From a virus: a stretch of DNA of 64,000 nucleotides. The stretch's first letter is position 1; each line of letters begins with the position of its first letter. The notes beneath the pieces are model-generated. The model was not told where the DNA came from. It did no database searches and was given only the letters and a program-made list of their open reading frames with translations. A program made the position numbers and the translations under genes. The stretch spans positions 9,109-73,108 of the IMG/VR virus record IMGVR_UViG_3300046331_000099; one strand, 5' to 3'. This document shows positions 43,845 to 53,820 of the stretch, piece by piece.

Positions 43845-44201
43845 TTATTTGCCGAAGAACTTGGAGAAGATCTCTAGGTGTCCAACAACATATCCCACAG
43901 AGATTGCACCACCGACGATCATCCAGCGCCACTGCTCAAGTGTATCTACACGCTTTGCAATTTTTTGGATATCTACACGAAGTTCTTTTTGAATCTCTTC
44001 GTGTTGTTCAGAAGACTTAGTAGAGTTAGCTGACATCTTTGCAGTCAAACTCTCGTTCATTGTGTCAATTTTCTCCATAATCTCTCTGTTGCCAGTAGTG
44101 ATACGGGAGTGAACCTCTTTGACGTCAGCTTTAAGGTCTTTGACATCGTCTTTGATACCTTCTACTTGAGCTTCCAATTTGGCGATTCTTTCTGTTTCCA
44201 T
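43845..44201 (-). CDS. coiled-coil protein with C-terminal TM segment (possible lysis accessory)
   Basis: Heptad pattern, LEQWRWMIVGGA. Confidence 0.65.
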   Translation of the reverse strand: METERIAKLEAQVEGIKDDVKDLKADVKEVHSRITTGNREIMEKIDTMNESLTAKMSANSTKSSEQHEEIQKELRVDIQKIAKRVDTLEQWRWMIVGGAISVGYVVGHLEIFSKFFGK

Positions 44202-44210
44202 CGGTGTAGA

Positions 44211-44801
44211 TCACTTATTATAGATTGATTGTTGATCTCTTACCCACTCTTGAAGTGACTTCAGTTGTGCACTTACTTGGTAGTAGAGGGTGTAGTTCTC
44301 TGCGACGGTTGTGGCGACTTCAGAGAGCTTAATTGAGGAGGTTCCTGCATCAACGACTCTGGTGGAGTCGGGAACTTCATTGCGACTGGCACTGTCGTGG
44401 AGCAAGACGAAACCATTAGGGATAACGCACTGATCATCAGCAGTTTGGTTAATAAATTTTGGGATTTCTTTAATGATTGCATTACCATTCTCCTTAATCA
44501 CTTCAACCTTTGTTACATACTTTGTCACTACTCTTGTAGTAGTATCGGCTGATGCAACATCTTTTTTAGCCATTTCTAACTTTGCTTCGGAAACTTTGGC
44601 TTCCCATCGTTCTTGGTTGGAGATGCCACCTTCCATGTAAAGCCCGAATACCAACAAAAAAGCAGAACCAATTTTCACTGGTAGTAGATATTTATTAACC
44701 AGAGGAATTGAGCCCACGAAAAACGAAATGAACAATCCTACCACACCAACCAGTAAGGTTAAATGGAATATCCAAGATGGTAGGAATTCAAGTATCCACA
44801 T
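44211..44801 (-). CDS. Rz-like inner-membrane spanin
   Basis: N-terminal TM segments, coiled coil, VVTKYV, C.IPNGFV.LHD, QLKSLQEW. Confidence 0.65.
   Translation of the reverse strand: MWILEFLPSWIFHLTLLVGVVGLFISFFVGSIPLVNKYLLPVKIGSAFLLVFGLYMEGGISNQERWEAKVSEAKLEMAKKDVASADTTTRVVTKYVTKVEVIKENGNAIIKEIPKFINQTADDQCVIPNGFVLLHDSASRNEVPDSTRVVDAGTSSIKLSEVATTVAENYTLYYQVSAQLKSLQEWVRDQQSIYNK
44273..44488 (-). CDS. embedded Rz1-like outer-membrane spanin lipoprotein
   Basis: Alternate frame inside the Rz-like gene; lipobox-like LMVSSC then Pro-rich FPTPPESLMQEPPQL. Confidence 0.6.
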   Translation of the reverse strand: MVMQSLKKSQNLLTKLLMISALSLMVSSCSTTVPVAMKFPTPPESLMQEPPQLSSLKSPQPSQRTTPSTTK

Positions 44802-44802
44802 A

Positions 44803-45327
44803 TTAACACTTCATTGAAGCACCACGGCGAGCCATGATTTGATACTTCTTGATGTTTTTCTTTTCGATCTTTGGTTCTTGAACAGATACTGGACCACCAG
44901 TATTGTTTGTTGGTGCGCCTCCTTCACCATCTTCAGCTAAAACTTTGCTAACGATGATTTGTTCTTCAGCAAGAACAACATTACTATCGATGATTCGCAT
45001 AATGTGCTTATAGCGATCTTCCATTAGAGAGGTTGTGCGAGAACCACTCTCATAGTATTCTTTGACTAACCACAGAGCACCAACAAGAGACTTGGTGCGG
45101 TTCTCACCACCTGGAAGACGGTTGATGATTTTCTTCATGTTGAAGACTAGTCGGTTTAGATACGTGTAAGATGATCGTTCTGCATCAGTAGTAAGAGTGC
45201 TTGCTTTACGTAGATTATTGCCTTTATGATCAATGATTCCCATTTTGAACGCATCTGTGTCTTCAAAATTTTGAATAATCATTCTAACGATCTTTAGCGC
45301 TATTAAATTGTCTATCGTGCGACTCAT
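44803..45327 (-). CDS. conserved T4-like phage protein
   Basis: FEDTDAFKMGIID..G, YTYLNRLVFNMKKII. Confidence 0.75.
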   Translation of the reverse strand: MSRTIDNLIALKIVRMIIQNFEDTDAFKMGIIDHKGNNLRKASTLTTDAERSSYTYLNRLVFNMKKIINRLPGGENRTKSLVGALWLVKEYYESGSRTTSLMEDRYKHIMRIIDSNVVLAEEQIIVSKVLAEDGEGGAPTNNTGGPVSVQEPKIEKKNIKKYQIMARRGASMKC

Positions 45328-45704
45328 TAAATCTTCCTTAAAGTGGCAATAACAGTTTCGTCTAACTTGATCTCAGAGAGGATGATACCATACTCTGAGA
45401 TCGTTTCTGGCATTCTATCGAGATAAACCAAGAAAGTTACCAAGACATCCCAGCAAGATTCTTCTACTTTGTAGAACAGCATTCTTGTAGCTGCATCACC
45501 AAAAATATTGTATAAAACTATAATGTGGTTTAATATAAGTCTCTCTCTTAACTCACCGTTGTTTTTATATCGTGACAACAGTTTTTTAAGATAGAGTATT
45601 TTCTTTAAGTCTTCTTCAAACTCGACTAGACTATAACACTGAGTATTGTCATAGTGATGCATCGCATAAAGAAGGAAATTACTCTCATTTAGTTTTTCAG
45701 TCAT
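45327..45704 (-). CDS. conserved T4-like phage protein
   Basis: NFLLYAM.HYDN.QC...EF.EDL, ERLILNHIIVLYNIFG. Confidence 0.75.
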   Translation of the reverse strand: MTEKLNESNFLLYAMHHYDNTQCYSLVEFEEDLKKILYLKKLLSRYKNNGELRERLILNHIIVLYNIFGDAATRMLFYKVEESCWDVLVTFLVYLDRMPETISEYGIILSEIKLDETVIATLRKI

Positions 45705-45716
45705 ACCCTACATTTC

Positions 45717-45744
45717 AAAAAAATGGGGGAACAATTCCCCCATT
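45717..45744 (-). terminator. intrinsic terminator
   Basis: AATGGGGAA-TTG-TTCCCCCATT followed by a T tract. Confidence 0.75.
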
Positions 45745-45760
45745 ATTGCATAACTATTTA

Positions 45761-46303
45761 TTAAGCGTCTGCAAGGATGGCGTCGTCACCATTATCGCCA
45801 GCAGCAACTGCTGTACGCTTCATTGGCACAAGACATTCAACCTTGTGACGTGTCTCGCCTTGTGAACCAGTGTAAGTAGTATACTTGTTCCAGCCTGGAG
45901 TTGATAGACCTTGAGCCTTGTTAGCAGTAACACCAGCTTCTGTCAAGTCTTCAAAGAAGATGTCAGGCGCAGTGAACTGAATAGTATGAGCTGTACCAGC
46001 TGCACCAGTAGTTAAGTTAACTGCGGTACCAGCAACGGCATTTGCTTTAGATGTTGCCAACTTGATAAGACCTTGACCAGCTGCGATAGCAAAGTAAGTA
46101 GTACCAGATGTTAGACCACCGATATCAGTGCCACCTCCATTTGTATAGATAACAGGTTCGCCTGTTTCATACATGTGACCACCACCAGAGATGTCGATAG
46201 TTTCGTTTGTTAAATTGACAGCTGTTGTAGCGTCAAAAGTAACTTTCTTAGTTAGGTTCTTTGGCTTAGAAGCCAGAGTATCTGTGTCAGACCATAGTGC
46301 CAT
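45761..46303 (-). CDS. virion structural protein (tail/head-fibre-associated candidate)
   Basis: MALW start, Ala/Gly/Thr-rich, TPGW..Y.TY, RHK.E.LV. Confidence 0.65.
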   Translation of the reverse strand: MALWSDTDTLASKPKNLTKKVTFDATTAVNLTNETIDISGGGHMYETGEPVIYTNGGGTDIGGLTSGTTYFAIAAGQGLIKLATSKANAVAGTAVNLTTGAAGTAHTIQFTAPDIFFEDLTEAGVTANKAQGLSTPGWNKYTTYTGSQGETRHKVECLVPMKRTAVAAGDNGDDAILADA

Positions 46304-46333
46304 TTGAATTCTCCTTGAATTGGACTTTATTTA

Positions 46334-49300
46334 TTATTTATGCAATTTAGAATTGCCGAGATTTTTGCGTGCGCCAGACTTTGATCCGACTTTGCGACCA
46401 GCTGTCGCTGGTTCTTCATCATGTTCTGGTTCGTCTTTCTGTAGAGAACCACCATATCGTGAACCTTTCTTAACACCAGAACCACCACCTTGCTTAGCAC
46501 CATCGTACTTAGCTTTGTATTCTGGAGTTCCTGGCCACATACCTTCTTTCAATGCTTGGAACAAGTCAGAAACAGTGTAACCTTCTTTACGAACTGCTTT
46601 CTTAATTGTTTCAAAAGTTTCGTGGTGCGGTTCATCACCAGCAGTATGCACTTTGTCGATATCGATAGCTGGCTTTTTGTTTGTTGGAGCAACGTGTTTA
46701 GTAGCTTCGTCTAGAGTAGATGATACTTTGAACTTGTGAACATCACCAGCACCCATCTTACCGTCTTTGTGGGCTTTGATATGAACTTCGCCACCAGTAG
46801 TGTGCTTAACTACACCAGAGATTTTATCACCAGTCTTAGAATGGTAGAAGTCTGTTTCTTGACCAGTCTTCATATGCTTCGCCATGTCTGGGTGCATCTT
46901 ACCTTGAGAAGCAAACTCACGGTGGTTGGCTTCTTCTAGAGATTCAACTCCCTCATTGAAGGTTGGCTTCTTACCCGTCAATCGAGTATAATGTTCGGCA
47001 GACTTTTGGGCTTTTGCAGCTGCATCTTTAGCAATATCGTGGTCACCCTTTGATGACGCATTTTTAGCAGCTTGAGTATAACGACGATAATCCATCAAAT
47101 GGTTCTCCTCGATCTGCTCAACATCTTCTTTACGCAGTTTTTTAAAGTCTTCGGCGTCTAGTTTACCATTTTTATTTTTATCGAGTTTGTGTTGATCACC
47201 TTTTAGTTCTTCATCAACTTCTTCGTTCTGTTTAGCCATACCAACTTTACCAGTCTGTGGTACGCCCATCTTCTTCTGTAAGTCTTTCTTATGTCCTTCA
47301 TCGTCTGGACCACCAAGAACTTCAGCTGCTTTCTTAGCAACCTTCTTAACAGCGTCCATCAAACCTTCTTCAAGTTCTTCATTGTATTTACCAGTTGGCA
47401 TACCATTGATTGGTTTCTTAGTTGCTTTGTATGCTTTGTGTTCTGGAGTACCTTTGATGTACTTACGGTCTAGATTTGGTGCTTGTGGTGCCTTAGTCAA
47501 TGTAGGAATAGAATCATCTCCAGACGATTGTAATGTACCTTCTTTAACTAAAGTCTTGAATGATTTCAATCCCATTTCTGTCTCCTGTGTTTCTTCTTTA
47601 ACATTTTTCTTAGTTGGTTCACCCGCAACAAATTTCTTACGTGCTTGTTGGTCTTTAAGTTTCTTTGCTAGTTCTGGATCTTGACGTAGCATCCATCCAG
47701 GCTTTGCTCCAGTTGCTGCTTCTTCAACAGTCTCTTCTTTAACTGGCTTCTGTTTAGCTTCTGCTTCTTTCTTTTCACGGGCAAGACGTTCTTGCTTGGC
47801 AATACGACCCATGCTCTTTAGGAAAGATGGCTTGTTGTAGTATGCAGTAGCTTCTTCAAGTTCTTCTTTTGACTGTAGATAATCTCTAACAGTAGTGATG
47901 TAATCTTGAGCTAGTGTAATCTTAGACTGAACCCACTCTGGCATATTCTCGTCGTCTTCGATCATATCGATCAAATCTGTACAATTGCGTAGAGTAGTTT
48001 GTAATTGAGTGCGAGCCATCTGACCTTCGTAGTCATACTCACCCTTATCGATAGACTTTGCTGCTTCTTCTAGCATATCAAATGTCTGGTCAAAAGATTC
48101 TTGAGATGCCTTTAATGCATCAGCAGTTGGTGCACCTTTGCTTCCTGGCTTTCTCATACGCTCACCAGAACCATTCTTAATACGCTTTTGTTTAGCATGG
48201 ATATTATCCCAAAGACCACGGGCTTCTTTAAGAGACATAGCTTTATCGTGGTGTTCTTCAGCTTTCTCAGCATGAGAATCTGCTACACCATGGCGTCCTT
48301 TTTCAGAATGCCACTGTGAAAGGTTTTCATGATGGTCAGCCATATGCATGTGGTGATCAAACATATTACCTTGTTTCTTAGCAGCGTCAGCAGAACGTTT
48401 GTTCTCTTCAGACTTTGCATAAACATCAGACTCTTCAGCCATTGTGCGGATCTTAGAAACAATCTTACCGTATGTCTTAGCCTTTGGATCTTTTGGAGCG
48501 ATAACTACTGGAGACTTTTTCTCGTAAGCACCACGTTTATCACCAGCTTCTTCTTTTAGCTTGTCATTTGACGGAATAGCTTTATTCATTCTGTGGCGAT
48601 CTTGACTATTCTTTAGTTTATTTTGTTCTTTATCTTTGAACGTAGAAGGATATCCTTCATAGTCATTTTTAGTATGAATACGACCAGTTGGAGTTTCTTT
48701 AACATCCTCGTGAATCTTATAACCTTGCTTTGTGATATGTGCACGAGCTAAATGTTCCAACTCATGTTTCTTGCGAGTAGTTAGTGGAGTAGTAACATGA
48801 CGTTCGTGTTTCTTACCATCTTCAACTCCAGGCTTTGATACATGGAACTTGTAAGTGTGACGGTATAACTCACCACCTTCGTCGTCTTCACGTTTCTTCT
48901 TAGCGAAACCAGTACGGTTGTCGTGGACACTTTCTGTGAATTGCATCTCTTCCTCTTTCATATGCTTAAAGTATTCTACTTGTTTTAGACGTTTCTTGGC
49001 ACCAGCAAGAGTTGGTGAACCACCAAGATTCTTACCTGTTTCGCTCTTGACTTCATAACCAGAATCAACCCTTACGATTGTCTCATCGATTGTTTCTTCT
49101 TTAACTGGTTCTGGCTTCTTTGGAGCTAACAATTGCTTGGCACGTTCTCTTGAAGCAGCAGACTTTTGTTGCTCACGTTCGAATGCACGCTGTAGCTTAA
49201 CAGCAGCAGACATACGAACTTCCATAAATGTCTGATAGCTAATAGCTTCTTCTTTGATACCAGAACCCCTACGAACGTCGTTCATTAGTTCATGTGCGTG

Positions 49301-49879
49301 CTTATCAGAAACGTGGGGTGGGACACCCTTACGGAATTCGGCAAAGTTTTTATCATGAGCATGCTGACGCATCTTAGTGCCAGACATTCCAGTAGTACCT
49401 TCAGAGTCTGGATCACGTTCACCAGATGAGTGCATTGTGATAGACTTGAACTTGAAAGAACCGTGTTTATGTTCTTCGCCAGTGTTATATTTATGTAAGA
49501 GATCGTGCATTTCTTTATGACGATCTGAACCAGCAACTACGTGCAAATGCTCGACACCACTCTTATGTAGAGCAGCAGCGTGGTGCAAGATAGTTGGGGA
49601 TTCTTTGTCAGCAGCTTTAACGTTTGTCTCTGGAGAGTAACGCTTTAGATGTTTGACCTTTTGTTCTGCAGTCAGTGGGTTCTTTTTAGCATCGTTTGAA
49701 CCAGAAACTATAAGGCTGTGCGGAGCATTGTGTTCTTTGGCAACAGCGTGTAGCTTGCTAACAACTTCCATATGACCAGTTGTTGGTGGGTTCATTCGAG
49801 CAAATGACATAACATGGTGCTTTTCAGAACCATGACCACCAGCATCCTTAGCTTCAAATAATTCCTTGAACGTAATCAT
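46334..49879 (-). CDS. large modular internal-head protein with N-terminal cytidylyltransferase-like domain
   Basis: MITFKELFE start; FARMNPPTTGH, KNPL, VVAGSDR, GMSGTKMR; then short modules separated by [VLIM]xEE; EF-hand-like DKNKNGKLDAED. Confidence 0.7.
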   Translation of the reverse strand: MITFKELFEAKDAGGHGSEKHHVMSFARMNPPTTGHMEVVSKLHAVAKEHNAPHSLIVSGSNDAKKNPLTAEQKVKHLKRYSPETNVKAADKESPTILHHAAALHKSGVEHLHVVAGSDRHKEMHDLLHKYNTGEEHKHGSFKFKSITMHSSGERDPDSEGTTGMSGTKMRQHAHDKNFAEFRKGVPPHVSDKHAHELMNDVRRGSGIKEEAISYQTFMEVRMSAAVKLQRAFEREQQKSAASRERAKQLLAPKKPEPVKEETIDETIVRVDSGYEVKSETGKNLGGSPTLAGAKKRLKQVEYFKHMKEEEMQFTESVHDNRTGFAKKKREDDEGGELYRHTYKFHVSKPGVEDGKKHERHVTTPLTTRKKHELEHLARAHITKQGYKIHEDVKETPTGRIHTKNDYEGYPSTFKDKEQNKLKNSQDRHRMNKAIPSNDKLKEEAGDKRGAYEKKSPVVIAPKDPKAKTYGKIVSKIRTMAEESDVYAKSEENKRSADAAKKQGNMFDHHMHMADHHENLSQWHSEKGRHGVADSHAEKAEEHHDKAMSLKEARGLWDNIHAKQKRIKNGSGERMRKPGSKGAPTADALKASQESFDQTFDMLEEAAKSIDKGEYDYEGQMARTQLQTTLRNCTDLIDMIEDDENMPEWVQSKITLAQDYITTVRDYLQSKEELEEATAYYNKPSFLKSMGRIAKQERLAREKKEAEAKQKPVKEETVEEAATGAKPGWMLRQDPELAKKLKDQQARKKFVAGEPTKKNVKEETQETEMGLKSFKTLVKEGTLQSSGDDSIPTLTKAPQAPNLDRKYIKGTPEHKAYKATKKPINGMPTGKYNEELEEGLMDAVKKVAKKAAEVLGGPDDEGHKKDLQKKMGVPQTGKVGMAKQNEEVDEELKGDQHKLDKNKNGKLDAEDFKKLRKEDVEQIEENHLMDYRRYTQAAKNASSKGDHDIAKDAAAKAQKSAEHYTRLTGKKPTFNEGVESLEEANHREFASQGKMHPDMAKHMKTGQETDFYHSKTGDKISGVVKHTTGGEVHIKAHKDGKMGAGDVHKFKVSSTLDEATKHVAPTNKKPAIDIDKVHTAGDEPHHETFETIKKAVRKEGYTVSDLFQALKEGMWPGTPEYKAKYDGAKQGGGSGVKKGSRYGGSLQKDEPEHDEEPATAGRKVGSKSGARKNLGNSKLHK
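48101..48217. repeat. module duplicated at 50269-50386
   Basis: Both copies encode GLWDNIHAKQKRIK.GSGERMRKPGSKGAPTA.ALKASQ. Confidence 0.85.
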
Positions 49880-50514
49880 TAGCAGTTCCACTTTCTTAGT
49901 GCCAGCGCCTTGCGTGTTGGTTCACCATTTGGTTTCTTCATTGCACCTTCCATGCCACCCATGCGAGCACAGAAAGACTTACGACGATTGGCAGCTTTGC
50001 TACCTTTCTTTAACTTAGACGGTGGAGTGGTGACTGGTGCTTTTAGGTTAGCGCCTTTGGCATTATAAGCATCACGACCCTTTTGAGTTAGACCGCCAGT
50101 AGAAGACTTGTGTCCCTTAGCATCAACTGCAGCTTCGTAAAGAGTATCATCATCTACTGCTTCGAACTTTTCCCAAACAAGTTCAGGATCCATACTATAC
50201 TCTTCTGCCATAGCCATTACCATCTCTTCGATAACATCAAACTGTTCATCGGCAGACAGTTCTTCGTTTTGAGATGCCTTTAGCGCTGCTGCAGTTGGAG
50301 CACCTTTACTTCCAGGCTTGCGCATGCGCTCACCAGAACCAGCTTTGATGCGTTTTTGTTTAGCGTGAATATTGTCCCAAAGACCAAGTTCACCTTCAGT
50401 GACAGTTTCTTCTTTCATGCAACTTCCAGGTGAGCATGGCGCAGTTCCAGGCTTGCGCTTGTAACCTTTCCAGCAGTCACAAGATTCGTTTAAATAGTCG
50501 GTAAAAGATTTCAT
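49879..50514 (-). CDS. putative internal head protein (DUF6321-like C-terminus)
   Basis: MKSFTDYLNE start; CWKGY module; GGLTQKGR...RRKSFCARM...ALRKWNC. Confidence 0.7.
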   Translation of the reverse strand: MKSFTDYLNESCDCWKGYKRKPGTAPCSPGSCMKEETVTEGELGLWDNIHAKQKRIKAGSGERMRKPGSKGAPTAAALKASQNEELSADEQFDVIEEMVMAMAEEYSMDPELVWEKFEAVDDDTLYEAAVDAKGHKSSTGGLTQKGRDAYNAKGANLKAPVTTPPSKLKKGSKAANRRKSFCARMGGMEGAMKKPNGEPTRKALALRKWNC

Positions 50515-51713
50515 TTTCTTACTTTCAATAAGTTAGCCTTAGCAAACTCGGCACGGTTTACTAGCTTGGTTGGTTCATTCTCATGGTGGACAACAAAGCC
50601 TTCTGGCTTAGATTTCTGACCAGCAATGTGGTGATCAAGACCACCTTCGTGAGATTCTAAATGCTTAACTAGAACGTTCTTAGCTTGGTGTAAGTGATGG
50701 TGCATCGACAACAGATTCTCGTAATGAGACTTATTGGATTCAATATGACCAACGTGTTCAGCACCTTCGGCTTTACGCTTTGATTGACCAGCTTCAGACT
50801 TCAACTTAGATGCAGCACGTTCGTAGTGACCAGCGATGTGCTTTTGTAAGCCACCAGCAGTTGGAACAGAGTCTGTCTTAATCGTAGAGTTAATGTAAGT
50901 GGCTAAGTGACTTGCTTCGCCTTGGTGCTTCTTAGTGGCAGGATACATCTTACCAGCATGAGTGTCGTGGATATCTTTAGCAGCTTCCATATGCTTATGG
51001 AATTCTTTCTGAGCTTTTTCTGGATAATCAACTTTAGATGTATCGTGCTCAGGAGACTTGTGGTAAACGTCTGGGTGTTCTTTGAAACCCTCGCTGCTGT
51101 GCAGTGGAGCAGCGTGCATAGATGCTAGATCTTTGCCATGGTATTGAGTATGAGTCACAACACCTAGTTTAGACTTCTTAACTGCTTCGGCTTCTTTACC
51201 GTGAGCAGTATAAGTGATAGTGTTTGGAGTGAATGAAGCTGAACCACTTTCGTGATGAGTGACGTCAGTCTTAGAATGCATCAAATCACCTTGATAAACA
51301 CCAGTCTTTGGAGCAACTTTAGGTAGATGTTTTAGCGCTGCCTTTAGTTTCTCAGCAAGACCTGGAGCATGTCCATGATTCTTATCAACGTCTTTTTCAG
51401 AGTAGTTGATCTTAGGGGTCTTGTTAAATGCAGACTTAGAAGCTACAAAGAACTTACCTGATTCTGGGTGGTGTCCATAGACAACAGCTGGAGAACCATC
51501 GTACTTCATAGAAAGATTAGAGCTTTTAGCTCCAGACTTCATGTGCTCATGGGCTCTTAATAGAGAACCACGAGCATGTTCGAAACCGCCAGCGCCATGT
51601 AGTAATGGGCGATCTTCGGCATGATGAATGTGTTTTAGCTTACCATCATGGGCATCTGAACCATGTCCAAGAGCATCTTTTTCTTCTTTTAGATATGTAA
51701 GAAACGACTTCAT
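50511..51713 (-). CDS. His-rich nucleotidyltransferase/ligase-fold protein (DUF6267-like)
   Basis: MKSFLTYLKEE start; MKYDGSPA (KxDG), QGDLM, PEGFVV, KLVNR.EF. Confidence 0.7.
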   Translation of the reverse strand: MKSFLTYLKEEKDALGHGSDAHDGKLKHIHHAEDRPLLHGAGGFEHARGSLLRAHEHMKSGAKSSNLSMKYDGSPAVVYGHHPESGKFFVASKSAFNKTPKINYSEKDVDKNHGHAPGLAEKLKAALKHLPKVAPKTGVYQGDLMHSKTDVTHHESGSASFTPNTITYTAHGKEAEAVKKSKLGVVTHTQYHGKDLASMHAAPLHSSEGFKEHPDVYHKSPEHDTSKVDYPEKAQKEFHKHMEAAKDIHDTHAGKMYPATKKHQGEASHLATYINSTIKTDSVPTAGGLQKHIAGHYERAASKLKSEAGQSKRKAEGAEHVGHIESNKSHYENLLSMHHHLHQAKNVLVKHLESHEGGLDHHIAGQKSKPEGFVVHHENEPTKLVNRAEFAKANLLKVRK

Positions 51714-51714
51714 T

Positions 51715-52167
51715 TTATCCCTTTAGTGAAGCACGTAATTGCCAACCGTGCTTCTCATGTGTATCGATACGATCTGCAATAAAGTTGCAGAGTCCTTGCT
51801 TATTTTGTTTAGTAGCAAGGGCGAATACTTTATTTAGGCTAAACAAGACTTGATCGTTTGCAGCTAGTGTTGCAGTTAGCATACCAGTTAGATCAGGGAT
51901 AGATGATTCTTCCATAATTGTCTTGAGGTCATACAGATCCATTAGACTTTTTGGAGAGTAATCACCTAGCTTACGAATGTTCTCAGCCAACGGGTCTACT
52001 GCACTATAAACATCTTCGTATAAATCACCGAAGAATTCATGGTACTGCGGGAATTCTATTCCTTCCAAGTTCCAATGGAATGAGTGTGTTTTAAAATACA
52101 TTACGAATGTATCTGCCATGGCCACTTTTAGGGCTTCTTGTAATTGTTTCATTTCTTCTTTCTCCAC
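51715..52167 (-). CDS. dps: Dps / DNA starvation-protection ferritin
   Basis: KTHSFHWNLEG.EF.QYHEFF..LYE..D.LAENIR, HEKHGWQL. Confidence 0.92.
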   Translation of the reverse strand: MEKEEMKQLQEALKVAMADTFVMYFKTHSFHWNLEGIEFPQYHEFFGDLYEDVYSAVDPLAENIRKLGDYSPKSLMDLYDLKTIMEESSIPDLTGMLTATLAANDQVLFSLNKVFALATKQNKQGLCNFIADRIDTHEKHGWQLRASLKG

Positions 52168-53027
52168 TCTTTAAACGATTCTTTGAACATCGGATCAAAC
52201 GGGTTCTTAAAATCATCTGGACATACACCAGTATGTTCTTTACCACATTGTCCACAGATATCGGTTTTAATCTGTGGATGCTTTTTAATTTTGTTAATTA
52301 TTTCTTCAGTAGGGTTTACGTCTTGAATCCATTTAGAAGTAAGTTTACCTGATGCTTCTTTAACGAGCAAGTGATTCGATCCACGTTTAACAATCTCGAA
52401 TTGTTCACCGTTTGATTCTACGATTTCACCAATCTTAAAGATCTCTCCACGGAAATACTTTTCACGGAGATCGTCTTTGACTAAGTTAATCTGTTCTTTG
52501 ATAACTTCCAATCCAGCGCCGAGACGAACATCGTTCATCAAACGACGAGAGTCGATCTCTCTTACAGCAGTTGGAAGACCCTTCTTGAATTCTTCATACA
52601 ACCCTTTGGCTGCGGCAGAACGAAGTGACTCATCAGAGTCTGGATCTTTCTCTCCAGCAGAGATAACCTCTACACCCAAACGACGGATAGCACCAGCTTT
52701 ATCGGCGCTAGTTACAACTACGATGTTCTTGTAGTTTTCTTTTAGTTGTTTGATTAGGGCTGGAACTGTATCCATGGACTCAACGAAGTTGGTCTTAGGA
52801 AACACCAGATTGAGATACTGGAGTTTCTTTTCTACTAACAGGGGATTCTTTTTGTGATCAGATGCAGAGGATGCATAGATCACGTGGTCTGCGCCTCTTT
52901 GTTCGGCGAGCTTTTTGACAGCCTTTACTACAAGTTCATGTCCCATCGTTGGAGGGTTAAACTTGCCACAGGCTAGAACCACCGTTTTAGATGGTAGTTC
53001 TTTTAGTAATTGTTTGTAATCTTTCAT
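52149..53027 (-). CDS. cytidylyltransferase-like protein
   Basis: GKFNPPTMGH, KKNPL, LREKYFRGEIF; MKDYKQLLKE start. Confidence 0.75.
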   Translation of the reverse strand: MKDYKQLLKELPSKTVVLACGKFNPPTMGHELVVKAVKKLAEQRGADHVIYASSASDHKKNPLLVEKKLQYLNLVFPKTNFVESMDTVPALIKQLKENYKNIVVVTSADKAGAIRRLGVEVISAGEKDPDSDESLRSAAAKGLYEEFKKGLPTAVREIDSRRLMNDVRLGAGLEVIKEQINLVKDDLREKYFRGEIFKIGEIVESNGEQFEIVKRGSNHLLVKEASGKLTSKWIQDVNPTEEIINKIKKHPQIKTDICGQCGKEHTGVCPDDFKNPFDPMFKESFKEWRKKK

Positions 53028-53055
53028 TTAATCCATCTATAAAGTAGTATACAGT

Positions 53056-53063
53056 TATTTATA
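53056..53063 (-). promoter_or_regulatory. T4-type late promoter
   Basis: TATAAATA upstream of the internal-protein operon. Confidence 0.7.
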
Positions 53064-53070
53064 ATCTAAA

Positions 53071-53793
53071 TTATTTTAAGAATGGATTAGCTTTATTGGT
53101 TCCAGGCTTTAGGGAGTACTTACTATTCGGCATATGAGCGATTTTAATCTCAGCTTGAACTTCATAAAATTCTGAACGAGTTGCTACACGAACCTTAAAG
53201 TCTCCACGCCCAGAGAGTAATGGAATGGTGGCACCAAGTTTGAATGGATCGAAATTAGAGATACGATAGAAGTCATCTCCAGCCTGCATATAGTAAGCTG
53301 GTTCGGCTTTACCTTTGGTGTAGTGTTCGGTAACGATCTTACCCAAGTCTAGATTTTCGCTATTGGCGATATATCGGTTAACACTTGGTTGATCGAAGAA
53401 CTTCTTCATGATATGAAGAGGAACAGCGCCTTCTTCTTTTAGACCACCCTTGGTTGTAGGAATCTTTAATGATCTGAATGGGATACCAGAAAACTCGGCG
53501 ATGTCCTTGAGGAACTTCTTGGTTTTTGGGTCTTTGTTTAGGATGTCAACTGCTGCTTTGGCAGAAGGAGTTTTGTAGGTAGTTTTCCAAGTACCATTCT
53601 CATAGTACACACGTGGGTTCGACAGATTGTCGGTGTGATTCATCTTCACTTCCATCCAAGAAGTGGCTTTCTTATACGTAATCTTTACATCAGCATACGC
53701 TGTGTCTCCAGGTGGACGAATAGCTTTAACACCTGGAATTTTATCGACGCTATCAGCAACGTCTTTTTCATACTTATCTGAAGCAGCACTCAT
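53071..53793 (-). CDS. hypothetical protein, possible PD-(D/E)XK nuclease fold
   Basis: YE...ADV.....WMEVK spacing. Confidence 0.55.
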   Translation of the reverse strand: MSAASDKYEKDVADSVDKIPGVKAIRPPGDTAYADVKITYKKATSWMEVKMNHTDNLSNPRVYYENGTWKTTYKTPSAKAAVDILNKDPKTKKFLKDIAEFSGIPFRSLKIPTTKGGLKEEGAVPLHIMKKFFDQPSVNRYIANSENLDLGKIVTEHYTKGKAEPAYYMQAGDDFYRISNFDPFKLGATIPLLSGRGDFKVRVATRSEFYEVQAEIKIAHMPNSKYSLKPGTNKANPFLK

Positions 53794-53820
53794 TATCTTT
53801 ACCCTAACATATTAGATCTA

